Below are positions 50,970-61,299 of a stretch of DNA of 64,000 nucleotides, one piece after another. The DNA lies in contig JANNVQ010000008.1 of the NCBI GenBank assembly GCA_031414535.1, forward strand, positions 1 to 64,000, given 5' to 3'. This DNA is from Gemmatimonas sp. (GTDB taxonomy: Bacteria > Gemmatimonadota > Gemmatimonadetes > Gemmatimonadales > Gemmatimonadaceae). The notes below the pieces were generated by a model. It was given only the letters and a program-made list of their open reading frames with translations. It had not been told where the DNA came from and did not search any database. The translations under genes were made by a program, and so were the position numbers. Positions within the stretch are counted from its first letter, which is position 1, and every line of letters begins with the position of its first letter.

Positions 50970-51392
50970 ATGGCGACCCCGGCTCCTAGCGGTGAGAAGA
51001 AGTACAAGCCGTTTCCGAAGAAGCAGATCCAGTACTTCGAGAAGCGTTTGCTCGACGAGCGTAAGCGCGTGCTCAAGGAGCTCGGTCACTACGACGAAAC
51101 CTTCGGCAACACGCCGCAGGGCGCGGACGGCGACCTGAGCGCCTATTCGTTCCATATGGCGGATCAAGGCACCGACGCGATGGAGCGCGAGAAAGCCTTC
51201 CTGTTCGCCTCTAAAGAAGGGCGCTTCCTCTGGCACGTAGATCAGGCGCTGCGCCGCTTGTACCGCACGCCCGATGAGTTCGGGAAGTGCCACAACTGCG
51301 GTGGCGAAGTGGGCTTTGACCGACTCGATGCACTACCGCACGCGCGGTATTGCATTGACTGCAAGCAGCGTGAGGAAGATGGCAAGAAGTGA
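50970..51392 (+). CDS. dksA: TraR/DksA-family C4 zinc-finger regulator
   Basis: HMADQGTD coiled-coil tip; CHNC...RLDALP.ARYCIDC. Confidence 0.85.
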   Translation: MATPAPSGEKKYKPFPKKQIQYFEKRLLDERKRVLKELGHYDETFGNTPQGADGDLSAYSFHMADQGTDAMEREKAFLFASKEGRFLWHVDQALRRLYRTPDEFGKCHNCGGEVGFDRLDALPHARYCIDCKQREEDGKK

Positions 51393-51960
51393 GCCCGGGG
51401 GCTTCGGCCCCGCGTCAGTGTTGGGCATCGTCGGTGGAATTGTTCTCGCCGACGCGTTCACCAAATTGCTGGCCGTCGATCGGCTGATGCCCATCCATAC
51501 GCCGCACCCGGTGATTGGGGAGTGGCTGCGCTGGACGCTGGTCTACAATCCCGGTGCGGCCTTTGGGTTGCATTTGGGCCCTTGGTCGCGGTGGATTTTC
51601 GTGGTGCTCACCTTCGTGGCACTCGGCGTGCTGTGGAACATGTATCGCACCAGTGTGCCGGACGCGCGCATCAAAGTGTTGGCGCTGTCCAGCATCGCCG
51701 GTGGCGCGATTGGCAATCTCGTAGATCGCCTTCGCTCGTCGCGCGGTGTGGTGGATTTCATTGACGTTGGCGTGCGCGACTGGCGCTGGCCCACGTTCAA
51801 CATTGCGGATATCGCGGTGAGCTGCGGGGCGATTGCGCTGGCAATCGTGCTGTGGCGCGAGGACGCCGAGATGGCGCGCCAGCACAAGGCGCATAGTGAG
51901 CGAGCGTCGGGCGATCCCGACGCGGCGAACGGCAGTACGTCCCGCACGACGCAGAGATGA
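51379..51960 (+). CDS. lspA: Lipoprotein signal peptidase II
   Basis: NPGAAFG, GGAIGNLVDR, VVDFI and FNIAD. Confidence 0.95.
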   Translation: MARSEPGGFGPASVLGIVGGIVLADAFTKLLAVDRLMPIHTPHPVIGEWLRWTLVYNPGAAFGLHLGPWSRWIFVVLTFVALGVLWNMYRTSVPDARIKVLALSSIAGGAIGNLVDRLRSSRGVVDFIDVGVRDWRWPTFNIADIAVSCGAIALAIVLWREDAEMARQHKAHSERASGDPDAANGSTSRTTQR

Positions 51961-51961
51961 T

Positions 51962-52960
51962 ATGACGGAGCCGCTTGGACCTGGGCGGCACAGCTTCAGC
52001 ATCGCCGACGAGGACGTCGGCGAACGGCTGGACTTGGTGATTGCGCGCCGCGCGGGCTGTTCGCGTACGCAGGCCGCCACGCACATCGCGACGGGGCGCG
52101 CGACGGTGGATGGTGTGGTTGAGCGCGCGTCGTTCCGGCCGGAAGGGGGCGAGACCATCGAATTGGAGATCCCCGCGCCGCAGGGCCGCGCGGTGGTGCC
52201 GGAGCAGATTCCCATCAGCGTGGTCTTTGAGGACGAAGACCTCGTGGTGGTGGATAAGCCGGCGGGTATGGTGGTGCATCCGGCGCCCGGCAACTGGACT
52301 GGTACCTTGGTGAACGCGTTGCTTGGGCGCGGTCAGGAGCTCGCGGACGGTGGCGGTCCCGAGCGCGCCGGCCTCGTGCATCGCCTCGACAAGGAAACGA
52401 GCGGATTGTTGGTCGTCGCCAAGACCGACCGCGCGCTCAAGTCGCTGTCGGGGCAAATTGCGGCGCGCACGGTGAAGCGACGCTACGCCGCGCTCTCATG
52501 GGGGCATCTGGACGCCGACAAAATGACGGTGGACAAGCCCATCGGCCGCGATCCCAACGACCGCACGCGGATGTCCATTCAGACGGACGGGCGGCAAGCG
52601 CGCACGGATTTTACCCGTTTGGGACGCTTCGATTCGGTGGATTTGCTCCGTGCGGAGCTCCATACCGGACGGACGCACCAGATTCGCGTGCATTTGGCCA
52701 GTATCGGGCACCCGGTGGTCGGCGACGACACCTACGGGGGTGGCGGGGGACGCCGTCTGGTGGAATTGCCTCCCAAACGGCATTTCCTTCATGCCGCCTG
52801 GCTCGTCTTTACTCACCCGGTGTCGGGGGCGCGGATGGAAATGCGCTCCCCGTTGCCAGAGGACCTCCGGCGCTCGTTGGCGAGAGTGGCAGGGGACCAG
52901 GCTTTGATTGCTCACCCCGACGCCCTGGAGTACTTTGGCTACTATAGAGCGTCCGAGTGA
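51962..52960 (+). CDS. rluD: RluA/RluD-family pseudouridine synthase
   Basis: S4 domain (RLD), KPAGMVVHP, HRLDKETSG and TGRTHQIRVH. Confidence 0.93.
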   Translation: MTEPLGPGRHSFSIADEDVGERLDLVIARRAGCSRTQAATHIATGRATVDGVVERASFRPEGGETIELEIPAPQGRAVVPEQIPISVVFEDEDLVVVDKPAGMVVHPAPGNWTGTLVNALLGRGQELADGGGPERAGLVHRLDKETSGLLVVAKTDRALKSLSGQIAARTVKRRYAALSWGHLDADKMTVDKPIGRDPNDRTRMSIQTDGRQARTDFTRLGRFDSVDLLRAELHTGRTHQIRVHLASIGHPVVGDDTYGGGGGRRLVELPPKRHFLHAAWLVFTHPVSGARMEMRSPLPEDLRRSLARVAGDQALIAHPDALEYFGYYRASE

Positions 52961-53417
52961 CCTGACCGGCTTACCGACCCTCGAGGGGGGTGAGGCGGCT
53001 GGCGATGAGCATCGGTACTTGGTGGCGAAGGCCGCTGGCCAACGGCTGGCGATTCCCTTGCTGTCATGTCGTGAGATACTGACGGTCCGTGTCGTGACGC
53101 GCCTCCCAGGCGCACCGTCTTGGATTGCCGGGCTCGTGAATGTGCGGGGAGCGGTGCTGACGGTTCTGGATCTGAGTGCGCGCTTAGGATCAGCGGCTGC
53201 CGCGGGGCCGGTGGTGATTGTGGATGTGGATGGCCGTCGTCTTGGAATTCGCGTGGACGCGGTGGATGGGGTCGAGCGTGCCGCAGGTGTGGAGGAGTCG
53301 GTGGATGCAGCGCGGTCGGCGGCGGGAGCCTTGAAAGGGCTCGCAGTCCTGCCGCTCGGTGCCGCGTTGGTGGTGGATGTGGTGGCCCTGCAGCGCGCGG
53401 CAATCGCCGACGTGTGA
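52935..53417 (+). CDS. cheW: CheW coupling protein
   Basis: TRLPGAPSWIAGLVNVRGAVLTVLDL and GIRVDAV; likely TTG start after GGAG. Confidence 0.88.
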   Translation: MATIERPSDLTGLPTLEGGEAAGDEHRYLVAKAAGQRLAIPLLSCREILTVRVVTRLPGAPSWIAGLVNVRGAVLTVLDLSARLGSAAAAGPVVIVDVDGRRLGIRVDAVDGVERAAGVEESVDAARSAAGALKGLAVLPLGAALVVDVVALQRAAIADV

Positions 53418-53460
53418 GCGCGGGGCCCGACAGGCCTAACTGGATTGGGGAGGGGAACGC

Positions 53461-53823
53461 GTGGCTCCGACGGTACTCATCTGCGACGATGCGATTTTCA
53501 TGCGGACGATGGTTGGCGACATCCTGACGCAGGCGGGCTTCGAGATCGTGGGCGAAGCCGAGACGGGTACACAGGCTGTGGAGCGCTATAAGGCGCTCCG
53601 CCCTGATCTCGTCACCATGGACATCGTGAGGCCCGATATGGGCGGCATTGACGCCGTCCGCGAGATTACAAAGTTCGATCCGAACGCCAAGGTGCTGATG
53701 TGCAGCGCAATGGGACAGCAGTCGCTGGTGGTGGAAGCGATCCAGGCCGGGGCCAAGGACTTCGTGGTGAAGCCCTTCCAGCCGAGCCGCGTGCTGGAGG
53801 CGGTGCAGCGCGTCCTGGGCTAA
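53461..53823 (+). CDS. cheY: CheY response regulator (Bacillus/Thermotoga-like)
   Basis: DDAIFMR, PDLVTMDI, MCSAMGQQ and DFVVKPF. Confidence 0.93.
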   Translation: MAPTVLICDDAIFMRTMVGDILTQAGFEIVGEAETGTQAVERYKALRPDLVTMDIVRPDMGGIDAVREITKFDPNAKVLMCSAMGQQSLVVEAIQAGAKDFVVKPFQPSRVLEAVQRVLG

Positions 53824-53853
53824 GGGCCCGCTCGCGCCCCGTCGTCTCGCCAC

Positions 53854-55851
53854 GTGGATCCCTCGCGCTACGCTGACCTGTTTCGCACCGAGAGCCGTGA
53901 ACAGCTCTCGACGGTGAATCGCGCCCTGCTCTCCATCGAGCAGGGGGACGATCCCGCGGAGCCGGTGGCGGCGATTTTTCGCGGTGTTCACACCATTAAG
54001 GGCATGAGCGCCACGATGGGGTACACGGCTGTTGCGGAGTTCTCGCACGAGCTGGAGTCGTTGCTCTCGAAGGTGCGTGATGGCGACCAAACTGTCAGCG
54101 CGGAGTTGATGGACGCGCTGTTCGCTGCGGCCGACGCGCTCGAGGACGGGGTGGAGCACTCGCGCGAAGGCAGCACGCTGACCCCAGGCATGCAGCAAGC
54201 GCTTGAGCGCTTGCACGACATTGCCGGTGGGCGCTCCACCGCGGAGTTCCGCGTGGTGCGGCCGAGTGGCGTGGTGAAGATGCCCGCTGAGGACCTCGAT
54301 CCGCTTGATGGAGAAGGCACGCTGGTGCACGTGGTGCAGGAGCCCACAGTGGTCCTGCCCGGCGTGCGCGCTTTCATGGCGGTGCAGCGACTGGGGGACT
54401 TGGGCGAGATTCTCGCCTGCGTCCCTTCGGTGGAGAAACTGCAGGCTGCGACGACGCCGCAAACTTTCAGTGTGCGTCTGCGCACCGCGGCCGGTGAGGC
54501 GGAGTTGGCACACGCGGTGCGGAGCGCGGGCGATGTGGCCGGCGTGCGCGTCGAAGAGCGCGCGGCAGTGTCGGTGATTGCGCCCGCATCCGCTACCATC
54601 GCAATCGCGTCCTCAACGCTTGATGAAGTCACTAACGCCGCGCATCCCTTGCGTCGCGCCAGTGATGCCTTTGGCGTTGCCGACACACTCGGGCCCGCAG
54701 AGCGCGGCAGCAGCCCGCGCGCCCGGCACGTGCGCATCGAACTCTCGCGCTTGGACGCCTTGCTCGACCTCGTGGGCGAGTTGGTCATTGTGCGCGGCCG
54801 CCTGCGGGCGCTCACCCGCGCCAAGGCCGACGCGCCGCTGCAAGACGCGATGGACGACGCGACACGGCTCATCTCCGACTTGCAGGCGGAGATCATGACG
54901 AGCCGCCTTGTCCCAGTGGGACAGGTGTTCGATCGCTTCCCGCGCTTGGTGCGCGACGTGGCGCGTGCGCTGGGCAAGGATGTGCTGTTCAGCATCGAAG
55001 GAAAGGACATCGAGATGGACCGCTCGGTGCTCGACGAGATCGGCGAGCCGGTGGTGCATCTGCTGCGCAACGCGGTGGACCACGGACTGGAGATGCCGGC
55101 GGTACGCGAGGCGGCGGGCAAGGCGCGAGCGGGTCGGCTCGTGCTCTCTGCACAGCGAGACCGCAACTCCGTTGTGATCACGGTCAAGGACGACGGCAAA
55201 GGCATCGATCGCGCGCGGGTGATGGCGCGCGCGGTGGCCAGTGGACTGCTGCCGGCCGGCACCGAGCGCCTCGACGATGATGATTTGCTGCGCTGCATCG
55301 CGCAGCCGGGATTCTCGACGTCGGAGCGGGTGACAGAGGTGTCTGGCCGCGGCGTGGGCGTGGACGCGGTGATTTCGCGCGTGCGCGCACTCGGTGGATC
55401 GGTGGAGTTGCAGACCCAGCCCGGCCGCGGTACCAGCGTGACGCTACGCTTGCCGGTGACGCTGGCCATTGTGCGCGCGCTGCTGGCGCGCATCGGCGCC
55501 GAGCGCTACGCGCTGCCGCTCACGCATGTACGCGAGACGCTTGAGCGGGGGACGGCCGTACTGCGCCAGGTACAGGGGCGCGAGATGCTCATCCTGCGCG
55601 ATGAGGTGCTGCCCGTCTTGCGCCTGCGCGACGTGGTACTTCTGCCGGGGCAGGTGGCGGGTGAGGAGATTGTCGTGATTGAACGTGGCGAGCGGCGGGC
55701 GGCCTTGGTGGTGGACGAGCTCACCGCGCAGGAAGACATCGTAGTGAAGTCCTTCGACGGAGCTCGGGACGGGCTCGCGCTGTTCAGTGGCGCGACCATC
55801 CTTGCGGACGGGGCGCCGGCACTCATCGTGGACGTGGGGAGCTTGCTATGA
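53854..55851 (+). CDS. cheA: CheA histidine kinase
   Basis: Hpt FRGVHTIKG, P2-like region, LVGELVI, HLLRNAVDHG, DDGKG, SGRGVG and a C-terminal CheW domain. Confidence 0.95.
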   Translation: MDPSRYADLFRTESREQLSTVNRALLSIEQGDDPAEPVAAIFRGVHTIKGMSATMGYTAVAEFSHELESLLSKVRDGDQTVSAELMDALFAAADALEDGVEHSREGSTLTPGMQQALERLHDIAGGRSTAEFRVVRPSGVVKMPAEDLDPLDGEGTLVHVVQEPTVVLPGVRAFMAVQRLGDLGEILACVPSVEKLQAATTPQTFSVRLRTAAGEAELAHAVRSAGDVAGVRVEERAAVSVIAPASATIAIASSTLDEVTNAAHPLRRASDAFGVADTLGPAERGSSPRARHVRIELSRLDALLDLVGELVIVRGRLRALTRAKADAPLQDAMDDATRLISDLQAEIMTSRLVPVGQVFDRFPRLVRDVARALGKDVLFSIEGKDIEMDRSVLDEIGEPVVHLLRNAVDHGLEMPAVREAAGKARAGRLVLSAQRDRNSVVITVKDDGKGIDRARVMARAVASGLLPAGTERLDDDDLLRCIAQPGFSTSERVTEVSGRGVGVDAVISRVRALGGSVELQTQPGRGTSVTLRLPVTLAIVRALLARIGAERYALPLTHVRETLERGTAVLRQVQGREMLILRDEVLPVLRLRDVVLLPGQVAGEEIVVIERGERRAALVVDELTAQEDIVVKSFDGARDGLALFSGATILADGAPALIVDVGSLL

Positions 55852-56474
55852 CGATTCCATTGGACGACGTCCGGAACCTTTCGCGCGCTGCGCTCGACGC
55901 ACTGCGTGAAGTGGCCAACATCGGCGCGGGGCACGCTGCGACGGCGCTCTCGCAGATTACCGGGCAGCGCATCATGATCTCGGTGCCGCAAATCAATGTG
56001 GCGGCTATCGAGGATGTGCCGAATCAGATCGCCTCGGGCGAGGAACCAGTGGCCGGCATCGCCATCAAAGTCGAGGGCGATCTCACGGGCCTCACGCTAC
56101 TCGTGTTCCCGAAGCCGATCGCCTATCGCATCGCGAGCCTGATGATGGGCGGCCGGCCGGTGACGCAGCTCGGGGCCATCGAGGAAAGCGCACTCAAGGA
56201 GGCGGGGAACATTCTCTCGGCGGCGTATCTCAATGCGCTGGCGGAGTTTCTTGGCATGCGCATTCTCAACTCACCGCCTCTGCTTGCGGTGGACATGAGC
56301 GATGCCATTCTGAGCTCCACCTATGTGGAGACCTCGCAAGGTGCCTCGCACGTGTTCTGCGTGGAGAGCGAGTTCCAGCTCGCCAACGATACGCTTCCGT
56401 TGCGAGGTTTCTTCCTGCTGCTGCCTGACCCGCCATCGCTGCGGGCCATGCTCACGGCCATCAAGGTTTCGTGA
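55848..56474 (+). CDS. cheC: CheC phosphatase
   Basis: Two ExxN sites: DALREVANIGAGHAATALS and SALKEAGNIL. Confidence 0.9.
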   Translation: MTIPLDDVRNLSRAALDALREVANIGAGHAATALSQITGQRIMISVPQINVAAIEDVPNQIASGEEPVAGIAIKVEGDLTGLTLLVFPKPIAYRIASLMMGGRPVTQLGAIEESALKEAGNILSAAYLNALAEFLGMRILNSPPLLAVDMSDAILSSTYVETSQGASHVFCVESEFQLANDTLPLRGFFLLLPDPPSLRAMLTAIKVS

Positions 56475-59179
56475 CCCGTCCGTCCATCGCCGTGTCAACG
56501 CGGGACCGCGAGGTCCTGCGTGGCTTTGCGCGCCGCATTGATGCGGCGGACGCCGGCGCGCACAATAACCTGGGTGTGTTGTATTACACGAAGGGATTGT
56601 ACGAAGAAGCGGTAGAGGCCTTCACGAAGGCGCTCGACCTGGACCCCAAGATGCAGGTGGCGCAGCGCAATCTCGAAGTCGCCTACTTCAACACGGGCTA
56701 CTACGATTCGCGCGTCGCGGAGCTGCGTGAGCGCTTGCGCCACAAGCCCGATGATCGCGATGCTCGTTGGGAGCTCGGCCGCGCCTTCGCCTTGCTCGGT
56801 CAGCCAGAAGACGCCATCCCGGAATTTCAGGCGCTCCTCGCGCTGCGTCCGGGCGACGTGGGCACGATGATCCAGCTGGGACTCGCCGAGAAGGCGGCGG
56901 GGCGCCTGGGCGTGGGACTGAGTTGGTTCCGCACCGCCTTGGGTCGCGATCCGCAGAGTGGATTGCTGCATTTCTACGTGGGCGAGGTGCTGTACAATCA
57001 AGGCGCGTTCGATGATGCGCTGAGCTCCTTGCATCGCGCCATCCAGTTGAATCCTGATCATCCGGACTCGCATTTCCTGCTCTCCTTCGTACTCGGCGAC
57101 ATGGGCCGCCACGATGAAGCGCAGGCCGCCTCCAAGCGCGCCATCCAGTTGAACCCGGCGCTTTCGCGGGCCCAAGCCAACCTCTCGCTCGACGAGTATG
57201 ACCAAAAGAAGTACGAGCAGTTGGTGCCGGGACGTCAGGCAAGAAAGTCGCAGGCGCAAATGCGCATTGCCGAAGGCGAGCCCTTGGCGCACTACACGCT
57301 AGGGCAGGCGTTCCGCCAGCAGGGATTGCTTTCCGAGGCAAGTCGCGAGTACGACACCGCGCTGCTGCGGGGTGAGGATCGTGCGCTGGTGGTGCAGGCG
57401 ATGGCCGAACTGCACTTGCTGCGCAAGGAACCGCAGCCGGCCATCGCGTTGTACGACGAGTTGCTGGCGCAGCAGTCTGATTCACCCAAGCTGTGGAACG
57501 AACGCGGCGTGGCCTTGCATCAAACTGGTGACCATGCGGCGGCGGCAGAGAGTTATGGCAAGGCGCTGCAGGTGGACCCGACCTACGTCATCGCGCGGAA
57601 CAATCTCGCGGTGGCACTGTTCCACGACAATTCGCCCGAAGACTCGATTGACGAGTTCCGCGAGGCATTGCGTTCGAACCCGATGTTCATCAAGGCGCGG
57701 CTCAATCTCGCGCTCTTGCTCGTGCGCGGGAAGCGTTTTCAGCTTGCGCTTGAGGCGTATCGGCAGGTGTTGGAGCACGACGCCGAAGCCCCGTTGGCCT
57801 GGAATGGCGTGGGCTTGGTGCTCAGTGAGATGCGCCGGTTCGACGAGGCGCGCACGGCCTACGCCCGCGCCATTCAGTCCAAGCCGGATTTCGCCGAAGC
57901 GCATTACAACTTGAGCTTCACGCTCTCCAATCTTGGCGACTACGCTGGGGCGCTGCGCGAAACCAAGCGTGCGCTGGAGATGGATCCGTACTACACGCCT
58001 CAGACCTTCCAACTCGCCATTGACCTCGAGTTTGAGGACGTAGACCTAACGGTTGTGCCGGATTTGGGCGGCGAGAAGCGGATAAGCGGCGGGGTGGAGA
58101 CCTTCAGCTTCGATAACTCGATCCTCGACTCCATCTTCAAGCAGCTTGATCCCGTGGTGGCGCCAGAACAGGCGCCAGCGGAGGAAGGTGATCCCTACGC
58201 CCTCGCGGAGGACTTCCTCTCAAAGGGGTTGGTCGATCGTGCGATGGCGGAGGTGAGGCGTGCTCTGGGGCGCGGCGCGGAACCAGCGCGGGGCGATGCT
58301 TTGCTCGGAGAGGCGTTTGGACGTCAGGGTGCCTGGGGCGATGCGCTCGAGCGCTTTGAAGCCGCTCGCCGAGTGGACGCGCGCAACACCGAGGCGCTAC
58401 GCGGCGAGACCCAAGCCTTGCTCATGCTGGGGCGCGGCGCGGAAGCTGCGGCGCCCGCGGCCATCTTGCTTGAACTGCTTCCAACCGACGTGGATGCCTT
58501 GTTACTCGTGGCGACGGCGCGCTTTGAGAGCGGTGACGCCCAAGGTGCGCTCGCAGTACTCGACGACGCACGGCGCGCCGATCCCACGCGCGCCGAGGTG
58601 CTGCGTGGCGTGGGCAACGTCCTGCGCGCGATGGAGAACATTGACGCCGCCATCTCCGCGTATCGTCATGCGCTTACGATTGACGGCGACTTTGCGGCCG
58701 TGCGCTACGACTTGGCGCAGTTGCTGATCACGCGTGGCGATTTCTCCGAGGCCGAGCGCGAGTTGCTGCTCGCGCTCGACGCCGTGCCCACCTACGCCGA
58801 TGCAACGCTGTCGCTGGCATCCTTGCACCGGCAGCGCGAGGAAACGGGGAAGGCACTGGCCTTGCTCGTGGACTTCCTCGAGCGCGATCCGTACTCGTTT
58901 GACGGGCTCGTGGCGCTGGGTGAACTGCTCCTCGACATGGGCCGCAATGAGGATGCTGCCTTTGCCTTCCAACGCGTGCTGCGCTTTGATCCCGCGCACG
59001 TGGGTGCCGTGTTCCATCAGGGTTTGCTCCTCTCACGCCAGCAGCGCTTTCGTGAGGCGGTAGCCTGCTTCCGACGCGTGGCCGAATTGGAGCCGCAGGG
59101 TGAGTTCGCCCGCCGAGCCTTCCGCGAAGCGCGCGCAATCGCGCAGCGCGTGGATGGCTTGGACGAGGAGGCGGGCTAA
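56471..59179 (+). CDS. Large cytoplasmic TPR-repeat protein
   Basis: Many TPR units (AHNNLGVLY...ALDLDP; AHYNL...ALEMDP); no signal peptide. Confidence 0.9.
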   Translation: MTRPSIAVSTRDREVLRGFARRIDAADAGAHNNLGVLYYTKGLYEEAVEAFTKALDLDPKMQVAQRNLEVAYFNTGYYDSRVAELRERLRHKPDDRDARWELGRAFALLGQPEDAIPEFQALLALRPGDVGTMIQLGLAEKAAGRLGVGLSWFRTALGRDPQSGLLHFYVGEVLYNQGAFDDALSSLHRAIQLNPDHPDSHFLLSFVLGDMGRHDEAQAASKRAIQLNPALSRAQANLSLDEYDQKKYEQLVPGRQARKSQAQMRIAEGEPLAHYTLGQAFRQQGLLSEASREYDTALLRGEDRALVVQAMAELHLLRKEPQPAIALYDELLAQQSDSPKLWNERGVALHQTGDHAAAAESYGKALQVDPTYVIARNNLAVALFHDNSPEDSIDEFREALRSNPMFIKARLNLALLLVRGKRFQLALEAYRQVLEHDAEAPLAWNGVGLVLSEMRRFDEARTAYARAIQSKPDFAEAHYNLSFTLSNLGDYAGALRETKRALEMDPYYTPQTFQLAIDLEFEDVDLTVVPDLGGEKRISGGVETFSFDNSILDSIFKQLDPVVAPEQAPAEEGDPYALAEDFLSKGLVDRAMAEVRRALGRGAEPARGDALLGEAFGRQGAWGDALERFEAARRVDARNTEALRGETQALLMLGRGAEAAAPAAILLELLPTDVDALLLVATARFESGDAQGALAVLDDARRADPTRAEVLRGVGNVLRAMENIDAAISAYRHALTIDGDFAAVRYDLAQLLITRGDFSEAERELLLALDAVPTYADATLSLASLHRQREETGKALALLVDFLERDPYSFDGLVALGELLLDMGRNEDAAFAFQRVLRFDPAHVGAVFHQGLLLSRQQRFREAVACFRRVAELEPQGEFARRAFREARAIAQRVDGLDEEAG

Positions 59180-60159
59180 TGGCCATTGAAGGCCCGCTGA
59201 AGGAGCTCGGCATCCACGACGTCTTCCAACTGCTCGATCTGAGCCGGAAGACGGGGGTGCTCATCGTCACCTCGCAGCTTCGTGACAACGAAGGCGAGGT
59301 GCTGTTCGAGAATGGCAAGGTCATTTCGGCGAGCATCAAGTCCAATCCGCACCGCATCGGCGACCTACTCGTGCGCACAGGGCGGCTGACGGATGCGGAT
59401 CTCGCACGCGTGCGCGATTCGCAGGCTGCTGGCGACAAGCGCCGCTTCGGGGAAATCCTTATCGCCCTCGGCTTGGTCACGGCGCGCGAGATTGAGCGGC
59501 AGATGCGCTTGCAGATTGAAGCTGTGGTGTTTGAATTGATGGCGTGGTCCGAAGGAAACTTCCGGTTCACCGAAGGACTGGATGATGACGCCTTTCGCGA
59601 TGCTTCGGCGCCCTTGGGCACAGAGTCGCTCCTGATGGAAGGCGCGCGGCGCATTGACGAATGGTCACGCATCGCGGATCGCGTACCCAACCTGTCGGTG
59701 ATTCCTGACCTCGCGCCCGGCGACGCTGATCATCCAGCGCTGCTCGATCTGTTGCCGCAGGAGTGGAAGGTGTTGGCCATGATTGACGGCGCAACAGATC
59801 TGCGCACCATCGCCGCGACGGTCTCGATGAGCGAGTTCGATGTGGCGCGCGTCATGTACGGACTCGTGAGCACGGGCGTCGTGATATTGCGGCAACCGAC
59901 GCGCAACAGTTCCACCATCGCGCTGCCGAGTGAACTCCGGAAGGCCTCGAAGCTCACGCCGCACGGTGTGGTGCCTTCGGCGCTGGTGCGTGGGGCGGAG
60001 TATTTCCGTCGCGGCGCACTCTCCGATGGAATCGCCACCTGGTCTGCGTTCATCGAGAGCACGCCGAAGTATCCGTCGGCTACAGACCTCCGCGACGCCG
60101 TGCGGGGCGCGACGAAGCTCGTGGAAGTGCTCGACCGGGAGGTGCCGCGTGAGCGGTGA
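59179..60159 (+). CDS. DUF4388 (PatA-N-like) domain protein with MshEN-like repeats and a wHTH-like segment
   Basis: IEGPL....DVFQLL..SRKTGVL, RIGDLLV / RFGEILI, WSEGNFRF, LLMEGARRIDEW and EWKVL..IDG. Confidence 0.85.
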   Translation: MAIEGPLKELGIHDVFQLLDLSRKTGVLIVTSQLRDNEGEVLFENGKVISASIKSNPHRIGDLLVRTGRLTDADLARVRDSQAAGDKRRFGEILIALGLVTAREIERQMRLQIEAVVFELMAWSEGNFRFTEGLDDDAFRDASAPLGTESLLMEGARRIDEWSRIADRVPNLSVIPDLAPGDADHPALLDLLPQEWKVLAMIDGATDLRTIAATVSMSEFDVARVMYGLVSTGVVILRQPTRNSSTIALPSELRKASKLTPHGVVPSALVRGAEYFRRGALSDGIATWSAFIESTPKYPSATDLRDAVRGATKLVEVLDREVPRER

Positions 60160-60961
60160 CATTCGGTCCATGAGCGAGCAGCTCGCCGCGGATCCGGCGA
60201 GCTTGGTGTTCTTGCCGCTCGCCGAGCAGCTGCTCGGACGCGGGGAGCTGGCGCACGCATCACGTGTGGCGCGGAAGGGTGCCGAGCGGCACGCGCATCG
60301 CGCTGATGTGCACGACTTGGTGGCGCGCATCGCGCTCGCGCAGGGCGAGGAGACCGCGGCCGAGCGCGCCTGGATTTCGTCACTGGCCATTGCGCCGGAC
60401 TTTGGCGCCGCGCATCGTGGACTGGGCTTCCTCTGCTATCGTCAGGGGCGCTGGGACGACGCGCAGACGCACCTGGCCAAGGCGCGCACGATGACGCCCG
60501 GTGATCCGGCGCTCGAGGCCGCGTGGGAAGCGCTCCACGTGGCGCGCACGGAAGACTTACGTACGGCACAGGCCGCTCCCGAACTTTCCGCCGCCGAGTC
60601 AGCTGGTGCGTTGTTTGCGGGACAGATCGGCGAGACGGGACAGGTGGCGCTTTTGCTCGACTCCGATGGTTTGGTGGTGGCAGGGCAGTACATGACAGCT
60701 CAGGGCGAGGATCTGGGCGCCATCATCGGCGCGCACTTGTCTGGCGTCAGTGACGAAGCGGCGCGCGCTATGCGGCACTTTGGGCTTGGCACCTGGACGC
60801 GCATCGCGATTGAAACGGAAGCCGCCACCGTAGTGATGGCGCCCACGGGAGAGAGCGTCACTCTCGTGGCGGCGCCGCGCGATGTTCCCTTGGGCTTGGT
60901 GCGACGGACGCTTGATCACTGCGTGCAGGCCGCCGCCGCGTGGTTGGGAGGTGGCGTATGA
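60149..60961 (+). CDS. TPR + roadblock/LC7 fusion protein
   Basis: N-terminal DPASLVFLPLAE and TPR units; C-terminal ALLLDSDGLVVA roadblock signature. Confidence 0.78.
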   Translation: MSGDIRSMSEQLAADPASLVFLPLAEQLLGRGELAHASRVARKGAERHAHRADVHDLVARIALAQGEETAAERAWISSLAIAPDFGAAHRGLGFLCYRQGRWDDAQTHLAKARTMTPGDPALEAAWEALHVARTEDLRTAQAAPELSAAESAGALFAGQIGETGQVALLLDSDGLVVAGQYMTAQGEDLGAIIGAHLSGVSDEAARAMRHFGLGTWTRIAIETEAATVVMAPTGESVTLVAAPRDVPLGLVRRTLDHCVQAAAAWLGGGV

Positions 60962-61299
60962 GTAGCTTTGCCCCGCTACTCGCCACCGTGACGCGGCACC
61001 GCGGCGTGATGGCCTGTCTGGTTGTGGCCGAGGAAGATGGCATCGTCGTGGAGGGCACGGCGCAGATGGGCGTGGACACTGCGGCGTTCGCCGCGCTCAC
61101 GGCTTCGCTCTACCGGAAGGCCGCACGGGCCGCGGCGAGTGCTGGATTCGGCGGCACCAGCTTCTGCGATTTGGAGGCCCAACAGGGTCGGGTGCTCGCA
61201 GCGGGCCGCAACGGTCTCGTGCTGGTGGCAGTGGCTGAGCCGCGGGCGAATCTCGGTTTGCTGCGCGTGGAACTGCTGAAGGCGGCGGCGGCCCTGTGA
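60958..61299 (+). CDS. Roadblock/LC7 (MglB-like) protein
   Basis: GVMACLVV.EEDGIVV, LEAQQGRV and NLGLLR. Confidence 0.85.
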   Translation: MSSFAPLLATVTRHRGVMACLVVAEEDGIVVEGTAQMGVDTAAFAALTASLYRKAARAAASAGFGGTSFCDLEAQQGRVLAAGRNGLVLVAVAEPRANLGLLRVELLKAAAAL

